Shown here: positions 1 through 11,103 of the stretch, in pieces
Position numbering within the stretch: the first letter of the stretch is position 1
Layout of the letters: each line of letters starts with the position of its first letter
Assembly (NCBI GenBank): GCA_965198175.1
Contig: OZ240245.1
Coordinates: 2,464,001-2,528,000, forward strand
DNA length: 64,000 nt
DNA from: Candidatus Poribacteria bacterium
Lineage (GTDB): Bacteria > Poribacteria > WGA-4E > PCPOR2b
Direction: 5' to 3'
Program-made: the position numbers and the translations under genes
The notes under the pieces: model-generated
Database searches by the model: none
What the model was told of the DNA's origin: nothing
The model's input: only the letters and a program-made list of their open reading frames with translations

Positions 1-54
1 ACAGAGTACAGAGGGCGAATGAGTGCCAACTCTTGGTTGCAAGGATGGCAAACT

Positions 55-465
55 ATGGAGGCAAACCTTTGGAATATTGGCGTGAAAATTGAAGACCTAA
101 ATCGGGAAGTCGACTTTCTCGAGGCATTGGGCGGCAGAGTATTGGTGCGTGAAACCCGTTCAAAGCCAGATGGTGAAGCATATGAGGTTGCGCTGCTGGA
201 GTTCGGCGAAACACGGTTCTCCCTGATGCCAGAACCGCTCTTCGAAAACGCGCTCAGCCACCCACTCATGCCGGGGTTGACCCATGCGGTGTTCGAAGTT
301 GAAGACTTGGACGACGCTTACGAAAAAATCACGGAGCTAGGTGCAGAAACGCTATCCGAGCCGAGGCAGATCAGTGTCGGATTGGGAACCCGCCGCATCG
401 CCTTTTTCCGATCACCCAACGGTTTTGTGTTCGAGGTGATGCAAATCTTGGAATCAAAGGTGTGA
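55..465 (+). CDS. VOC/glyoxalase superfamily protein
   Basis: GLTHAVFEVEDLD and IAFFRSPNGFVFEVMQ motifs; ATG at 55 preferred (AAGGA upstream); ORF is open from 19. Confidence 0.8.
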   Translation: MEANLWNIGVKIEDLNREVDFLEALGGRVLVRETRSKPDGEAYEVALLEFGETRFSLMPEPLFENALSHPLMPGLTHAVFEVEDLDDAYEKITELGAETLSEPRQISVGLGTRRIAFFRSPNGFVFEVMQILESKV

Positions 466-621
466 ATTATCAGAATCGGACTACAGCGCTACAAATTGCG
501 TCTTGATTCGGAACGTCACTGGTTCTCAATAACAAAGAAACCGGGATCTGTCGATTAGGAAACAAGTTAGGACTGTTATTACGCACAAGTCGACCTGAAC
601 AGTTACGAAAGGATTAATCCT

Positions 622-1413
622 ATGCAAATCGGCATCCGTGATACGATGTTGCCTGTTCCCTTTGAGGACACATTCACAAAGGCAAAGGAACTTGGTTTTG
701 ACGGGCTAGAGTTCCGTATCGGCGATGACTATCAAGACCATTTACTGTTCAGCGAGGCAGGTATCAAAAAAGTCCAAGATTTGATTGATTCGTCAGGGTG
801 TAGTATCGCCGCCCTTACAGCCCAGGCGTTGATTCCGCGCACCTTCTTGAACCCCAATGACGATCTGCGCCTTGAAGGAATACGCTTCGTAGACTATCTC
901 TCGCGTGTTGCACCCCGGTTGGGAGCCAAGGTAATTGTATTGCCCTTTTTCGAGGGGGCGACCCTCTCTTCAGAGCATGCCGTGGCACCACGTCTTGTGG
1001 ATGGGCTCAAACGCACAGGAGAGGTTGCCGCTCAATCCGGCGTCACCCTCGCTCTCGAATGTACCCTGAGTGGCGAGGAACAACTTCGTCTGCTCGAAGC
1101 TGTCGCCATGGATGCTGTCGCCCTTTGTTACGACGTGGGCAACGCCGTAGGTATGGGCTACGACGCCGTCCGGGAAATCCGAAGCTTAACAACAAAGCAC
1201 ATTGTTTATGTTCACATGAAGGATACGGATACCCAACACCTCGGCGAGGGACGGGTGGACTTCCAAGCTACTAGCGAGGCAATCAAAGAGATTGATTATG
1301 AGGGATGGTTCGTGCTGGAAACGCCTGCAGGTGTCGACTCCTTCGCTTCTGCCAAGAAGAATCTCGAGTTCACGAAGCGATTTGTAACAGATATCCAGTC
1401 GTCACTCTCGTGA
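622..1413 (+). CDS. Sugar phosphate isomerase/epimerase (xylose-isomerase-like TIM barrel)
   Basis: GFDGLE, LALE, YDVGN, HMKD, LGEGRVDF, VLET metal-binding motifs. Confidence 0.85.
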   Translation: MQIGIRDTMLPVPFEDTFTKAKELGFDGLEFRIGDDYQDHLLFSEAGIKKVQDLIDSSGCSIAALTAQALIPRTFLNPNDDLRLEGIRFVDYLSRVAPRLGAKVIVLPFFEGATLSSEHAVAPRLVDGLKRTGEVAAQSGVTLALECTLSGEEQLRLLEAVAMDAVALCYDVGNAVGMGYDAVREIRSLTTKHIVYVHMKDTDTQHLGEGRVDFQATSEAIKEIDYEGWFVLETPAGVDSFASAKKNLEFTKRFVTDIQSSLS

Positions 1414-1742
1414 CAATATGCATCCGGACAAGAATCATCTGTCGTTCTCAGGTGTGCGAAGAATCCGCATTCGCCCTTGAGTTGATAGCCAACCACCGTT
1501 TCAACACCGTCTCTAAGACGTTCTAGCTCACACCGCCGACTCGGTGCGTATCCACCCTACAATCCACACCGTGCCCGTCTCCTCATCGCAGCTAGCAGGC
1601 GGTGCCGCTTGAACTTGATTGCAGTTGACGCCAATGAACAAACCATTAAGAACGCTATGAATCTCGGATTTTAATTCGAACGCGGATTGCGAGAATTTGG
1701 TCGACGAAACAATTAGCAATACGACTGATCGGCATCTTGATT

Positions 1743-2447
1743 ATGGAAAAGGAAACCTACATCCATAACATCTTCTCTGCAATCGCAAGGCGATACGATT
1801 TCCTCAATACCTTGTTGAGCATGGGTCGTGATCGGTCATGGCGACGATTTACCGCCCGCGTCAGCGAGATTACGCCGGGCAATAACGTGCTTGACGTTTG
1901 CACAGGCACCGGTGAACTCGCGCTTGCTTACGCAGATGCAATCGATAATGGTAGACCGGTAATCGGCACAGACTTCTGCTTCGAGATGTTAGCGATCGGC
2001 AAAGAAAAAGTAGAAAAGCAGGGACGGTCCCACGATTTCGTTGCTATTGAGGCAGATACACTCCGACTGCCCTTTGCGGACGACACCTTCGATGTTGTGT
2101 CAGCTGGTTTCGGTATCCGCAACGTCGCCAATCTCGAACTCGGCATCCGCGAGATGGCGCGGGTTGCCGTCAGAGGGGGGCGTGTTGTAATTCTTGAGTT
2201 TACTCAGCCGTCTACACCGGTTTTTCGAAATCTCCATTTCTGGTACTTCAAAAAGATATTGCCCGTTGTCGGCAATCTGATTTCAAGGAACAAAGACGAT
2301 GCCTACGGCTATCTGCCGGAGTCTGTCATACACTTTCCAAATTGTGAACAGCTCAAAGCCATTATGGAGGGATGTGGGCTGACGGATGTGCGATTCTATC
2401 AGAGGACCCTTGGCATTGTTGCGATTCATGTAGGTAGGAAAAGGTGA
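1743..2447 (+). CDS. menG: Demethylmenaquinone/ubiquinone methyltransferase
   Basis: IARRYDFLNTLLSMG, VLDVCTGTGE, FGIRNV, GGRVVILEF, YLPESV are UbiE/MenG signatures. Confidence 0.9.
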   Translation: MEKETYIHNIFSAIARRYDFLNTLLSMGRDRSWRRFTARVSEITPGNNVLDVCTGTGELALAYADAIDNGRPVIGTDFCFEMLAIGKEKVEKQGRSHDFVAIEADTLRLPFADDTFDVVSAGFGIRNVANLELGIREMARVAVRGGRVVILEFTQPSTPVFRNLHFWYFKKILPVVGNLISRNKDDAYGYLPESVIHFPNCEQLKAIMEGCGLTDVRFYQRTLGIVAIHVGRKR

Positions 2448-3637
2448 AAATCCAATACCGCCCTCCCCATAACCCGACCGAACTTGACGATTCGATTCAA
2501 TGCAGTATTCGTGCATTCGACGAATCGGAACACGCTTTCACAAATATTGTTAAACACGACCCGTGGTTCGATTTAAACAACACCCGCGCCTGTTTTCTAG
2601 ATGGAAAGGTCGTTAGCGTCGTGCAAATATTTAGCCGTCCCATGCGAATTGGCGGCTGTGTTGTGCAGATGGGCGGAGTCGGGAGCGTCGGCACGCGCCA
2701 CAAATATCGCCGCGCCGGGTACTCATCGAATGTGCTTCGAGATAGCGTTCAGTATATGCGTGCGGCAGGCTACGATCTCTCAATTCTCTTTACGGACATC
2801 CAATCGCATTACGCAAAAGCGGGTTGGGTGATGTATCCCACGTACAGAACGCGCTTGACATTACCTGAAAGGCTTGAAAATACGTCCGACACAATCATAC
2901 AGCAATGCGACCCTGAGCAGGATGGACGGGCGCTGCGGGAAATTTACGATTGCTTCAATGCCACACGTACAGGAACGATTGTCAGATCTATGGAATACTG
3001 GAACAACCGACCCAAATGGCGAGAATGCGAGCCATCGCTCTTTTGGACTGGCAAGCAGGATGGAGAAATAATTGCTTATCTTAAGGGCAGCCGGTGGTTA
3101 ATCCGCGAGTTGGGTTATCTTCCCAATCATGAAAGCGCGATTATTGAGTTATTCCGCCGCTTCTTCGTTCAAGCGAAAGTTGAGGGAGTTAATGAAATTG
3201 AGGCGATTGTCCCGTCCGAATGTTGTGAGTTGTTTAAAGCTATCGGCTGCACTGTGGAGCGCCTTGAACGTTATTATACAATGCTTCGGATTATCAACCT
3301 CGAATCTTTGCTGACCAAGATGTTGCCGACCTTTGAAACAAGGCTAAACTCATCCGACTTTTCCAGATGGGAGGGAGCGATTCATATTCGCTATGAATCC
3401 GATAAGCAAACGCTAATCGTCAAGAGAGGAAAAATCGAGGTATCAGGAGATGCCGAGGTTCCAACAATCGATTTCCCTGTCAGCCAAACACAACTGCTAA
3501 ATCTGTTGTTCGGCAATATGACAGCGCGACATGTCGCGTTCTCCAACGGCTTGGCATTCAACGAAAGTGAAATTGGGCTGCTTGCTGTTCTTTTTCCGCA
3601 AGGCGAACTGTTCTTGTGGGAAACCGACAGATTTTAA
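2444..3637 (+). CDS. Eis-like GNAT acetyltransferase with C-terminal SCP2-like domain
   Basis: GVGSVGT..YRRAGYS acetyl-CoA motif, 397 aa, Eis-like C-terminus; GTGA overlap with menG. Confidence 0.8.
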   Translation: MKIQYRPPHNPTELDDSIQCSIRAFDESEHAFTNIVKHDPWFDLNNTRACFLDGKVVSVVQIFSRPMRIGGCVVQMGGVGSVGTRHKYRRAGYSSNVLRDSVQYMRAAGYDLSILFTDIQSHYAKAGWVMYPTYRTRLTLPERLENTSDTIIQQCDPEQDGRALREIYDCFNATRTGTIVRSMEYWNNRPKWRECEPSLFWTGKQDGEIIAYLKGSRWLIRELGYLPNHESAIIELFRRFFVQAKVEGVNEIEAIVPSECCELFKAIGCTVERLERYYTMLRIINLESLLTKMLPTFETRLNSSDFSRWEGAIHIRYESDKQTLIVKRGKIEVSGDAEVPTIDFPVSQTQLLNLLFGNMTARHVAFSNGLAFNESEIGLLAVLFPQGELFLWETDRF

Positions 3638-3832
3638 TGGATGGCGATGCACAGTTTTAAATTTTATTCAAGATAACTGAAGCAATCCCTCTGTGAGGAT
3701 AAGGGACAGGTTCCAAACTCTTTCATAACAACACTCAGAAACACAATTGATGTCAAAATTCATATGGGAAAAAGAGTGAACTGGGCATTTAGATGAGACC
3801 TTCGGTGTGTTTAGAACGTTTCGAGGGCTTTT

Positions 3833-4780
3833 TTAATTCTTTAGTAACCGCCCGATATGAGCGACCACTGATTCTGACAGCCCCTCTAAACTGTACCCCC
3901 CTTCTAACGCCGACACAAGCCGACCTTCACAACACTGTGCCGCTGTTTCTACAACGATTTCGGTCAAGACTGCAAATCCCGGCGCGGTCATGTTGATTGA
4001 CGCCAACAGGTCCAGGCAATGCGCATCAAATCCAGCCGAAATTATCAAGAAATCCGGCGAGAAATTGAGCAACGCAGGTTTGAGCAAGTTTTTGAACACC
4101 TCGATATAATCGATTGCCTCACTTTCAGCTAGCATCGGCGCGTTTAAGGTCGTGCCGATCCCTTTGCCGGAACCGGTCTCGGTAGCTAATCCTGAGCCGG
4201 GGTAGAGCGGGAATTCGTGGATGGAGAAGTAAAAAACCGATTCATCCTCGTAGAAAATGTCCTGGGTTCCGTTGCCGTGATGCACATCCCAATCCACGAT
4301 CGCGACTTTGCCAATATGGTGCTCCCGTTGCAAAAATCTAGTCGCAACGGCAACATTATTGAACAGGCAAAACCCCATCCCTCTATCCGATGTAGCGTGA
4401 TGACCGGGCGGGCGAACAAGGGCGAAAGCATTGCTAACTTTACCCGTCATTACGGCGTCAGCCGCCGCGAGCACACTGCCCGCGGAGAGCAGGGCAACAT
4501 TAAATGAAGCAGTTGAGACGGGGGTATCGTAAGCGAGGGGAACGCTCCGCTCGCAATGGCGTTTGACCCGGTCAACGTACGGTCTCGTATGCGCATAGCA
4601 AATCTGATTGATCGTCGCCGGCACTGGCTCGATCTGTACTAAATCCGCCCAGAAATCCGACGCCTGAAGGGCTTGAATACAAGCCTTCAGTCGATCCGGA
4701 CGCTCAGGGTGCCCGTGTCCAGTGTTGTGTTTAAGGCAATCGGAATGGTACACAAAACCTGTTTTCTTACCAAGGCCCAT
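3833..4780 (-). CDS. Histone deacetylase family (Zn-dependent amidohydrolase)
   Basis: HPERPDRL, RPPGHHA, GFCLFNN, DWDVHHGNGTQ, SAGFD, LEGGY. Confidence 0.95.
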   Translation of the reverse strand: MGLGKKTGFVYHSDCLKHNTGHGHPERPDRLKACIQALQASDFWADLVQIEPVPATINQICYAHTRPYVDRVKRHCERSVPLAYDTPVSTASFNVALLSAGSVLAAADAVMTGKVSNAFALVRPPGHHATSDRGMGFCLFNNVAVATRFLQREHHIGKVAIVDWDVHHGNGTQDIFYEDESVFYFSIHEFPLYPGSGLATETGSGKGIGTTLNAPMLAESEAIDYIEVFKNLLKPALLNFSPDFLIISAGFDAHCLDLLASINMTAPGFAVLTEIVVETAAQCCEGRLVSALEGGYSLEGLSESVVAHIGRLLKN

Positions 4781-4792
4781 GAGATTCTCTCA

Positions 4793-5404
4793 CTATGTCG
4801 AATTACCCCCGCCGATAACATCAGGGGTCTTCTTGAAAATTGCCCCTTGCCCCTTCATCATGGCAACGGCGTCGTTCCCCGCTTTCTCGTCCACCGCCGC
4901 AATTGCATCTTCGACAACGATAACTTGATGCCCTCGATCAAGCAACCCGAACACCGCGGCTTTGACACAGTAGTCCGTAGCAACGCCGTAGACAATATGT
5001 TCATCTGCATTTGCAGACTTGACAACCTCCGCTGCGTTCGGATTCGTGAAAACATCGTATGTCTGTTTCTCTAGCAAGATCTGATCTGCCCCGCTAACCA
5101 CTTCGTGTGGATGAATTTCTGGAGCGCTGTTTTCAATGACCAGCGTATCCGCAACGCACGTTTCCTCAATTTTTTTCTGACCTGGGGTGCCTTGTACACA
5201 GTGTGGCGGGAAGATTTCGAACTCTCTATCGTCAGGCGTATGTGCATCCGCGGAAGCGATGATTTTCACCCCATTCTTAATGGCGAAGTTGGTCAACGCC
5301 CGCAAATTTCCTCGAATATTCTCTGCTCCAGGCACTGAAAGTGCACCATCCGCACTAATAAAATCATGTTGCGTATCAATGTCGACAAACACTTGACGTA
5401 CCAC
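4793..5404 (-). CDS. pncA: Nicotinamidase/pyrazinamidase (isochorismatase family)
   Basis: DIDTQHDF, DAH, FPPHCVQGT, GVATDYCV. Confidence 0.8.
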   Translation of the reverse strand: MVRQVFVDIDTQHDFISADGALSVPGAENIRGNLRALTNFAIKNGVKIIASADAHTPDDREFEIFPPHCVQGTPGQKKIEETCVADTLVIENSAPEIHPHEVVSGADQILLEKQTYDVFTNPNAAEVVKSANADEHIVYGVATDYCVKAAVFGLLDRGHQVIVVEDAIAAVDEKAGNDAVAMMKGQGAIFKKTPDVIGGGNST

Positions 5405-5645
5405 GCACGTTTTCTCCTTCCTTTCATCGGGTTGGCTACATCAATCTCCCTCAGTCTCCATTATGAAAACATCAATTCATTGATGCGAGTTCATTAGTAA
5501 TCACCCAGTGGGTATTAGATATTAGGAATCGAAAGCACAAATCATTATTTATCCAACAGTTGATGTTGGAATGAGGTCGATTGATAGCAGGAGCGGCGTC
5601 GCTCTGCACAGTTAAACCTCGATGCCGCTTAGCTTTGGTTAACCG

Positions 5646-6851
5646 TCAGTTCTTCAGCAACTGTGCCTCGACTGCTTCACCCGCTTTGATTGTTGCGCCC
5701 GCCGGAATAATGATAAAGCCATTTGCTAGAACAAGCGAGTAGAGAATGCCCGAGCCTTGTGATCCTGTTATTTTGGCATAATATTCATCGTTCCGTGATG
5801 TAATGATTGCCCGCATATAGTTCACGCGTCCATCCCTATTGACCACGTCATCTTCTAAAATGGCTTGGAAGGTTCGACGAAATAGTTCGGTATGCCCCGC
5901 CATTTTGAGAAGTGCCGGACGGACAAATAGCTCAAATACCACAAGCGAGGAAACCGGGTTCCCCGGCAATCCGAAGATTGGCACGCCGCCAATGAATCCA
6001 TACGCCTGAGGTTTGCCCGGCTTCATCGCAACTCGCCAGAAATTAATCTCGCCCATCCGGGCGAGGACCGTTCTCACACAGTCGTGATCGCCGACGGACA
6101 CCCCGCCGCTAGTGACGATGGCATCGGCTTGATTCACCGCATCGCGGAATTTGCGTTCCAACTCCATCTCATCGTCAATAGCAATCCCCATATCGATTGG
6201 GTAGCACTCCGCTTCTTGAATCTGGGCACAGATGCCGTAGCGATTGCTATCCCTAATCTTACCCGGCTTCAACGGTTCACCAAGAGGAGTTAACTCATTC
6301 CCTGTCGAAATAGCGGCAACTTTCGGGCGTCGATATACCCCGACCTCCGATCGGTTCAGCGAAGCAAGCATGGAGATTTCCGGCGGACGGATGCGCTTCC
6401 CTTTCGCCATGACGAGATCTCCTTGCTTCACGCTTTCACCCGCGAAGCGTACATTCTCATCTTTTTCTACGCTATCAAAGACCCTAACCTGATTCATTTC
6501 TGATTGCGTATCCTCTACCATTACAACGGCATCTGCCCCTTTAGGCATCATGGCGCCGGTCATAATCCGGGCAGCCTGTCCATGCGTAACGCCCTTGGTT
6601 GGAGCATAGCCAGCGGGTATGGATTCGACTATCGACAGTTGAATTGGGCAATCCTTAAATGCGGCCTGTGTATCTTCAGCAACCACAGCGTAGCCGTCCA
6701 TCGCCGAATTTCGAAAAGGCGGTATATTTTCCACGGCGTACACGTCTTCCGCCAGGACATATCCGAGGCTGTCCAAAACCCCGCGTTTTTCCGGAGGCAA
6801 AACGAGGATTGAGTCCAATATCCGTTGACGCGCTTCTTCGACACTGAGCAT
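5646..6851 (-). CDS. moeA: Molybdopterin molybdotransferase
   Basis: SAMDGYA, RIMTGA, STGNEL, SGGVSVGD, KPGKP, LPGNPVS; ATG at 6851 follows AAGGAGG. Confidence 0.95.
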   Translation of the reverse strand: MLSVEEARQRILDSILVLPPEKRGVLDSLGYVLAEDVYAVENIPPFRNSAMDGYAVVAEDTQAAFKDCPIQLSIVESIPAGYAPTKGVTHGQAARIMTGAMMPKGADAVVMVEDTQSEMNQVRVFDSVEKDENVRFAGESVKQGDLVMAKGKRIRPPEISMLASLNRSEVGVYRRPKVAAISTGNELTPLGEPLKPGKIRDSNRYGICAQIQEAECYPIDMGIAIDDEMELERKFRDAVNQADAIVTSGGVSVGDHDCVRTVLARMGEINFWRVAMKPGKPQAYGFIGGVPIFGLPGNPVSSLVVFELFVRPALLKMAGHTELFRRTFQAILEDDVVNRDGRVNYMRAIITSRNDEYYAKITGSQGSGILYSLVLANGFIIIPAGATIKAGEAVEAQLLKN

Positions 6852-7137
6852 ACTGAATTTCCCTCCTTCATCCACACTTGTGCATCTTTGTCGCGTACGA
6901 CGTCAAGCTAAAACTAACATTGTACTTGGGAGCGACCGACCAAATCGCTGTAAGTATTCAATTTTGAGTCGATTCAGCTCCGAGAATCTTCATCGACTAT
7001 TGTACCAAAATCTGATAGTGGTGTCACATGAAAAACGGTGGTATTGCGACATGAAACAGAGGCGCTTATGGAACGTGTATGCTGGTCTTACAACGAGGGA
7101 AGTAAATGACGCTTGGCTATTCCGTGGCAGTTCGCCC

Positions 7138-8073
7138 TTATTTCGCGTATGACGTTTCATTTTTCAGAAAGTGCCCTAGTGTCTCCCATGAATCCACACG
7201 CAAGACAGTACGCTCATCGTGACGAATTGAATCAATCCTATCCTGGTCGGTAATCGTCCGTGTGGGAATGCCAAACCCCTTGATGGTTTGCACAGCGGTT
7301 TGCTTGGTGCCAATCAGCACGCCAAAGTCCGCCTCCAAAATGGCGAGTAAATCCGTAACGGAATCACCAATGTATAATGTCCGTCCTGCCCGCGTTCCCA
7401 GCGTACCCTGTTGTTCCGTCATACCCTGCGTGGCGTCAGCAGGACAGCACTCGCATTTTCGCCTTAAAAAGTGTCTCAACTTATCTTGTGCAGAGATAAC
7501 GCGCAGATGAATCTCCCCCGTTGAACGCCCCGATTTGTCGAACTCCAAACAATTGGTGGTAATCTGATCGCACAACCCTTCCGTCGCTCCTTCAATGAAT
7601 GCCTTTGACCAATTGGCGGAGAGAATTTCAATCTTTACACCAATTGTACGCATCTCCTCCATTACCTTGGAAACTCCCGGTCTCTTTTGAACGCTCCGAC
7701 CAAGCGCTCTAAGCGCCTCCCGTGTGAGCCCCGACAGAAACCTTCTTTCCATTACTCTGCGGGTAGAGCTATATTCCAGAACCTCAAAGTCGTCGAGAAA
7801 ACCCTGGAGACCTGCCGGGTCCGGAGTAGACCTTGGAATGTTCTGAGCGTGCGTCGTTTCCTCGTGATCACTGACAAGCCATTCACCGGCAATGCGGTCA
7901 CATTGCTGTGAGTACCACTCCACCGTTTCTCGCCACTCAAAGAACGATGCTTGTGCACCCGCTTCGCCGGCAATTGTCCTATGTTTTGTGGCGGTCTGAA
8001 CCAACAAACCAAGGGTATCTACCTCAGACACCGTTCCATCAAAGTCAGCAATCAGTTTATCAATAGGCGGCAT
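7138..8073 (-). CDS. HAD-superfamily phosphatase (TH2/Cto1-like thiamine-phosphate phosphatase type)
   Basis: DFDGT, LSANWS, YIGDSVTDLLAILEADFG motifs. Confidence 0.7.
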   Translation of the reverse strand: MPPIDKLIADFDGTVSEVDTLGLLVQTATKHRTIAGEAGAQASFFEWRETVEWYSQQCDRIAGEWLVSDHEETTHAQNIPRSTPDPAGLQGFLDDFEVLEYSSTRRVMERRFLSGLTREALRALGRSVQKRPGVSKVMEEMRTIGVKIEILSANWSKAFIEGATEGLCDQITTNCLEFDKSGRSTGEIHLRVISAQDKLRHFLRRKCECCPADATQGMTEQQGTLGTRAGRTLYIGDSVTDLLAILEADFGVLIGTKQTAVQTIKGFGIPTRTITDQDRIDSIRHDERTVLRVDSWETLGHFLKNETSYAK

Positions 8074-8155
8074 AATTTATTGTCCGTTACGTCAAAAAAA
8101 TACTCAATTCGTGCAAAGGGTTTGGGGTTTGATGTTTCATCTTTTCAGCGTATAA

Positions 8156-9556
8156 CTAATCCGCTTTCACGTTTGGCCCAATCATCTTGCTGGGAACGAC
8201 AACCCGATCGAATTCCTCCTCAGTCAACAAATTCAGTTCAAGGGCAACTTGCAGCAGTGTCTTGTCTTCCGTGTGGGCTTTTTTCGCTACCAAAGCAGCG
8301 TTGTCATAACCGATGCTTGGAGCCAGCGCCGTCACTAGCATCAGGGAGTCGTTCAGATACTGGGTGATTTTCTCTCCGTTTGGGCGAATGTCAAGGATGC
8401 AATTTTGAGTGAACGAGTCGCAGGCGTCTCCTAGGAGACGAATCGATTGCAGCGCGTTAAAGGCGATGACGGGCATAAACACATTAAGTTCAAAATTGCC
8501 AGAAGCACCGGCAAGTGCGATTGTCGTATCATTCCCGATAACCTGGGCGCAAACCATCGTCATAGCTTCGCATTGCGTTGGATTGACTTTCCCCGGCATG
8601 ATGGAACTCCCCGGCTCGTTTTCTGGCAAGGAAATTTCTCCAATGCCACAACGTGGGCCGCTCCCAAGCCAGCGAATGTCGTTTGCAATTTTATTGAGTG
8701 AGCATGCCAATGTTTTGCACGCACCGCTTACTTCGACAACGGCATCTCGTGCACCGAGGGCTTCAAACTTATTGGGCGCCGACACGAATGGAAAGCATGT
8801 TCGTCTAGCTATCGCCGCTGCAGCTTTTTCCGCATATTCAGGATGGCTGTTCAACCCAGTTCCGACAGCCGTGCCTCCAATCGGCAATTCATAAAGGTGA
8901 GGGAGACAATGATCGATAGCTCGAAGGGCATTGGTCAATTGTGTTGCGTACCCGGAAAACTCTTGACCTAATGTCAACGGTGTCGCATCTTGCAAGTGCG
9001 TACGTCCAATTTTCACGATGTCTTTGAACGCTACAGCTTTTTCGGTGAGCGCGTCGCGTAAGGAGGTCACTGCCGGAATAAGGTGGTGGTGAATTCGGTC
9101 AGCGATAGCCACATGAATGGCAGTCGGAAACGAGTCATTGGTGGATTGAGACTTGTTGACGTGATCGTTAGGGTGAATGGGCTCTTTACTCCCCAAAACG
9201 CCACCTAGCATCTCAATAGCACGATTAGCAATGACCTCATTGGCGTTCATGTTAGTCTGCGTTCCGCTGCCGGTCTGCCAGACCACTAGCGGAAAATGAT
9301 CATCGAGAAGGCCATCAATCACTTCCTGAGCGGCTTTCATAATAACGTCCGCTTTATCGTGATCCAGCAGCCCTAGTGCGGCATTCACCTCGGTTACAGA
9401 CATCTTCACGATTCCGACCGCCCAGATCATCTCACGTGGGAAGCGCTCACCGCCAATCTTAAAATTCTGGGTTGATCTTTGAGTCTGCGCCCCCCAATAG
9501 CAATCTACGAGAACTTCGATTTCACCCATACTGTCTTTCTCAATTCTTGTGTCCAT
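8156..9556 (-). CDS. fumC: Fumarate hydratase class II
   Basis: [37 protein letters not shown]. Confidence 0.97.
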   Translation of the reverse strand: MDTRIEKDSMGEIEVLVDCYWGAQTQRSTQNFKIGGERFPREMIWAVGIVKMSVTEVNAALGLLDHDKADVIMKAAQEVIDGLLDDHFPLVVWQTGSGTQTNMNANEVIANRAIEMLGGVLGSKEPIHPNDHVNKSQSTNDSFPTAIHVAIADRIHHHLIPAVTSLRDALTEKAVAFKDIVKIGRTHLQDATPLTLGQEFSGYATQLTNALRAIDHCLPHLYELPIGGTAVGTGLNSHPEYAEKAAAAIARRTCFPFVSAPNKFEALGARDAVVEVSGACKTLACSLNKIANDIRWLGSGPRCGIGEISLPENEPGSSIMPGKVNPTQCEAMTMVCAQVIGNDTTIALAGASGNFELNVFMPVIAFNALQSIRLLGDACDSFTQNCILDIRPNGEKITQYLNDSLMLVTALAPSIGYDNAALVAKKAHTEDKTLLQVALELNLLTEEEFDRVVVPSKMIGPNVKAD

Positions 9557-9848
9557 CTATTCCTCCGGTTGAATTTCTTTTTTTATATGTCATTCGTGAG
9601 ACAAAGCATAAATCTCAATGCTATCGGTTTCGAGAATCGAAACACCACAGCATCGTGGATCTAAATCTACAAAACTCGACTGTAAACTTCGAACATCTGA
9701 TTATAGCACTTTAGATGTGCTTTACTCAAGAGAGAAGGTTTCTGGAGATAAAAATAGATTACAGAAAATGGTTGATAAACTTTGGCAAGTGTGATATATT
9801 CTCCATCCCAAACGGAACAATCTAATCTTGCTGCAAGGAGAGAAAACG

Positions 9849-10889
9849 ATGCGTGGAATAACGTCATCAAACCCTTACCTAACCAATGATTTACTTCCAC
9901 CTCCACCGAGGAGTTACCGCTACCGGCAGTGGCGTAAACGCGGATATCAAGCATCTCTTCAGCCGATTTCGTCCGACAGCGAACTGGGGGTTCTCGTTGG
10001 ACAAATGGGGTGGATGGGAAGTCATGCGCATGCCCGCGGTTTCCTGTGGGGGACAGCCGGCAACATGGGTTCTTTACTTTCTGAAGTAGTTGATGCAAGC
10101 TGTCTGCTTCCACGCGACCAATCCCCGCGTTACGCCTTGCCGGCAGCGATTACGGTAAAACGGTTAGCGGGGCGACGTGTGCTCATAACCAAGTCCGGTT
10201 CAAGGTTAGATGCAATCGCAGTGGAACATCCAGCTCTCAATTTGACAATTGTGGAAGTCGATGACGATGGCCGCCATTACCGAATGAGATATGGTACACC
10301 GCCAGCATCGGTATTGGACGAAGGACAGACAACGCCGCCTCGACCAACCAGCGAACTGTTTCACTATCTGCTAATATTCGATCAGCTAGAAGATCACGGG
10401 TTCAAGGCGCTAGTCCATTTGCAGCCGAAGTTTTTGAACTTGATTTCTCGCAGTGAGTATGGAAGCCCATCACGATTCTACGATTTCTTGAGAGGTTACG
10501 AACCAGAAACGCCAATCATATATGAAAAATCTGGCGGAATCGGTTTCGTGCAGGAGAAGGCGCCTGGGATACCTGAACTTTCTTATGAGAATTTGCGTCT
10601 CTTTAAGTCGGAAGATTTTTCGTCGAATCAGCGGCATGAAATGCGTTATATCCTCTGCTGGGTTGGACACGGGACTTTCTCACGTGGTACTGATATCCTT
10701 GATGCTTATAAGCATGCTGAATATTTTGAAGCTGCCGCGCAAATGGCGTGGGAAGCCAATCAGAATCGAATTAACGCCCAAGCATACAACAAAGAAATCA
10801 TCGATTGCATTCTCCGTGAATTCCAGCAGAATCAATCTGTTCCCCAAGCGTCCCATAATGACGACGAAAACCTGTATAACTATCCGTAA
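9849..10889 (+). CDS. Class II aldolase/adducin family (rhamnulose-1-phosphate aldolase-like)
   Basis: GTAGNMG, TKSG, PTSELFHYL, VHLQP, WVGHG, EYFEAAA; AAGGAG before ATG 9849. Confidence 0.7.
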   Translation: MRGITSSNPYLTNDLLPPPPRSYRYRQWRKRGYQASLQPISSDSELGVLVGQMGWMGSHAHARGFLWGTAGNMGSLLSEVVDASCLLPRDQSPRYALPAAITVKRLAGRRVLITKSGSRLDAIAVEHPALNLTIVEVDDDGRHYRMRYGTPPASVLDEGQTTPPRPTSELFHYLLIFDQLEDHGFKALVHLQPKFLNLISRSEYGSPSRFYDFLRGYEPETPIIYEKSGGIGFVQEKAPGIPELSYENLRLFKSEDFSSNQRHEMRYILCWVGHGTFSRGTDILDAYKHAEYFEAAAQMAWEANQNRINAQAYNKEIIDCILREFQQNQSVPQASHNDDENLYNYP

Positions 10890-10933
10890 TCGCCCTTAAA
10901 TGAGGCAGGCATGCCATACTCAACCTGATTTTT

Positions 10934-10963
10934 TTGACATTCGTTGACCGCTTTTGATAGAAT
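10934..10963 (+). promoter_or_regulatory. Putative sigma70 promoter
   Basis: TTGACA-N18-TAGAAT upstream of the 11104 ORF. Confidence 0.55.
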
Positions 10964-11103
10964 ATGTCAGTACAATCGCTCAGATAATGCGTCACAGATT
11001 AAAATACGACTGATTTTGTACCAACTGCAAACCAAATTACAACCTCCAATGGTAGTGACGTCCGATAGTTTGATTGATCGATCTTCCCGATAAGGAGAAC
11101 CCG

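Noticed and set aside
6852..7137. Moco riboswitch upstream of moeA
   Set aside because: Conserved motif elements not found on the coding strand
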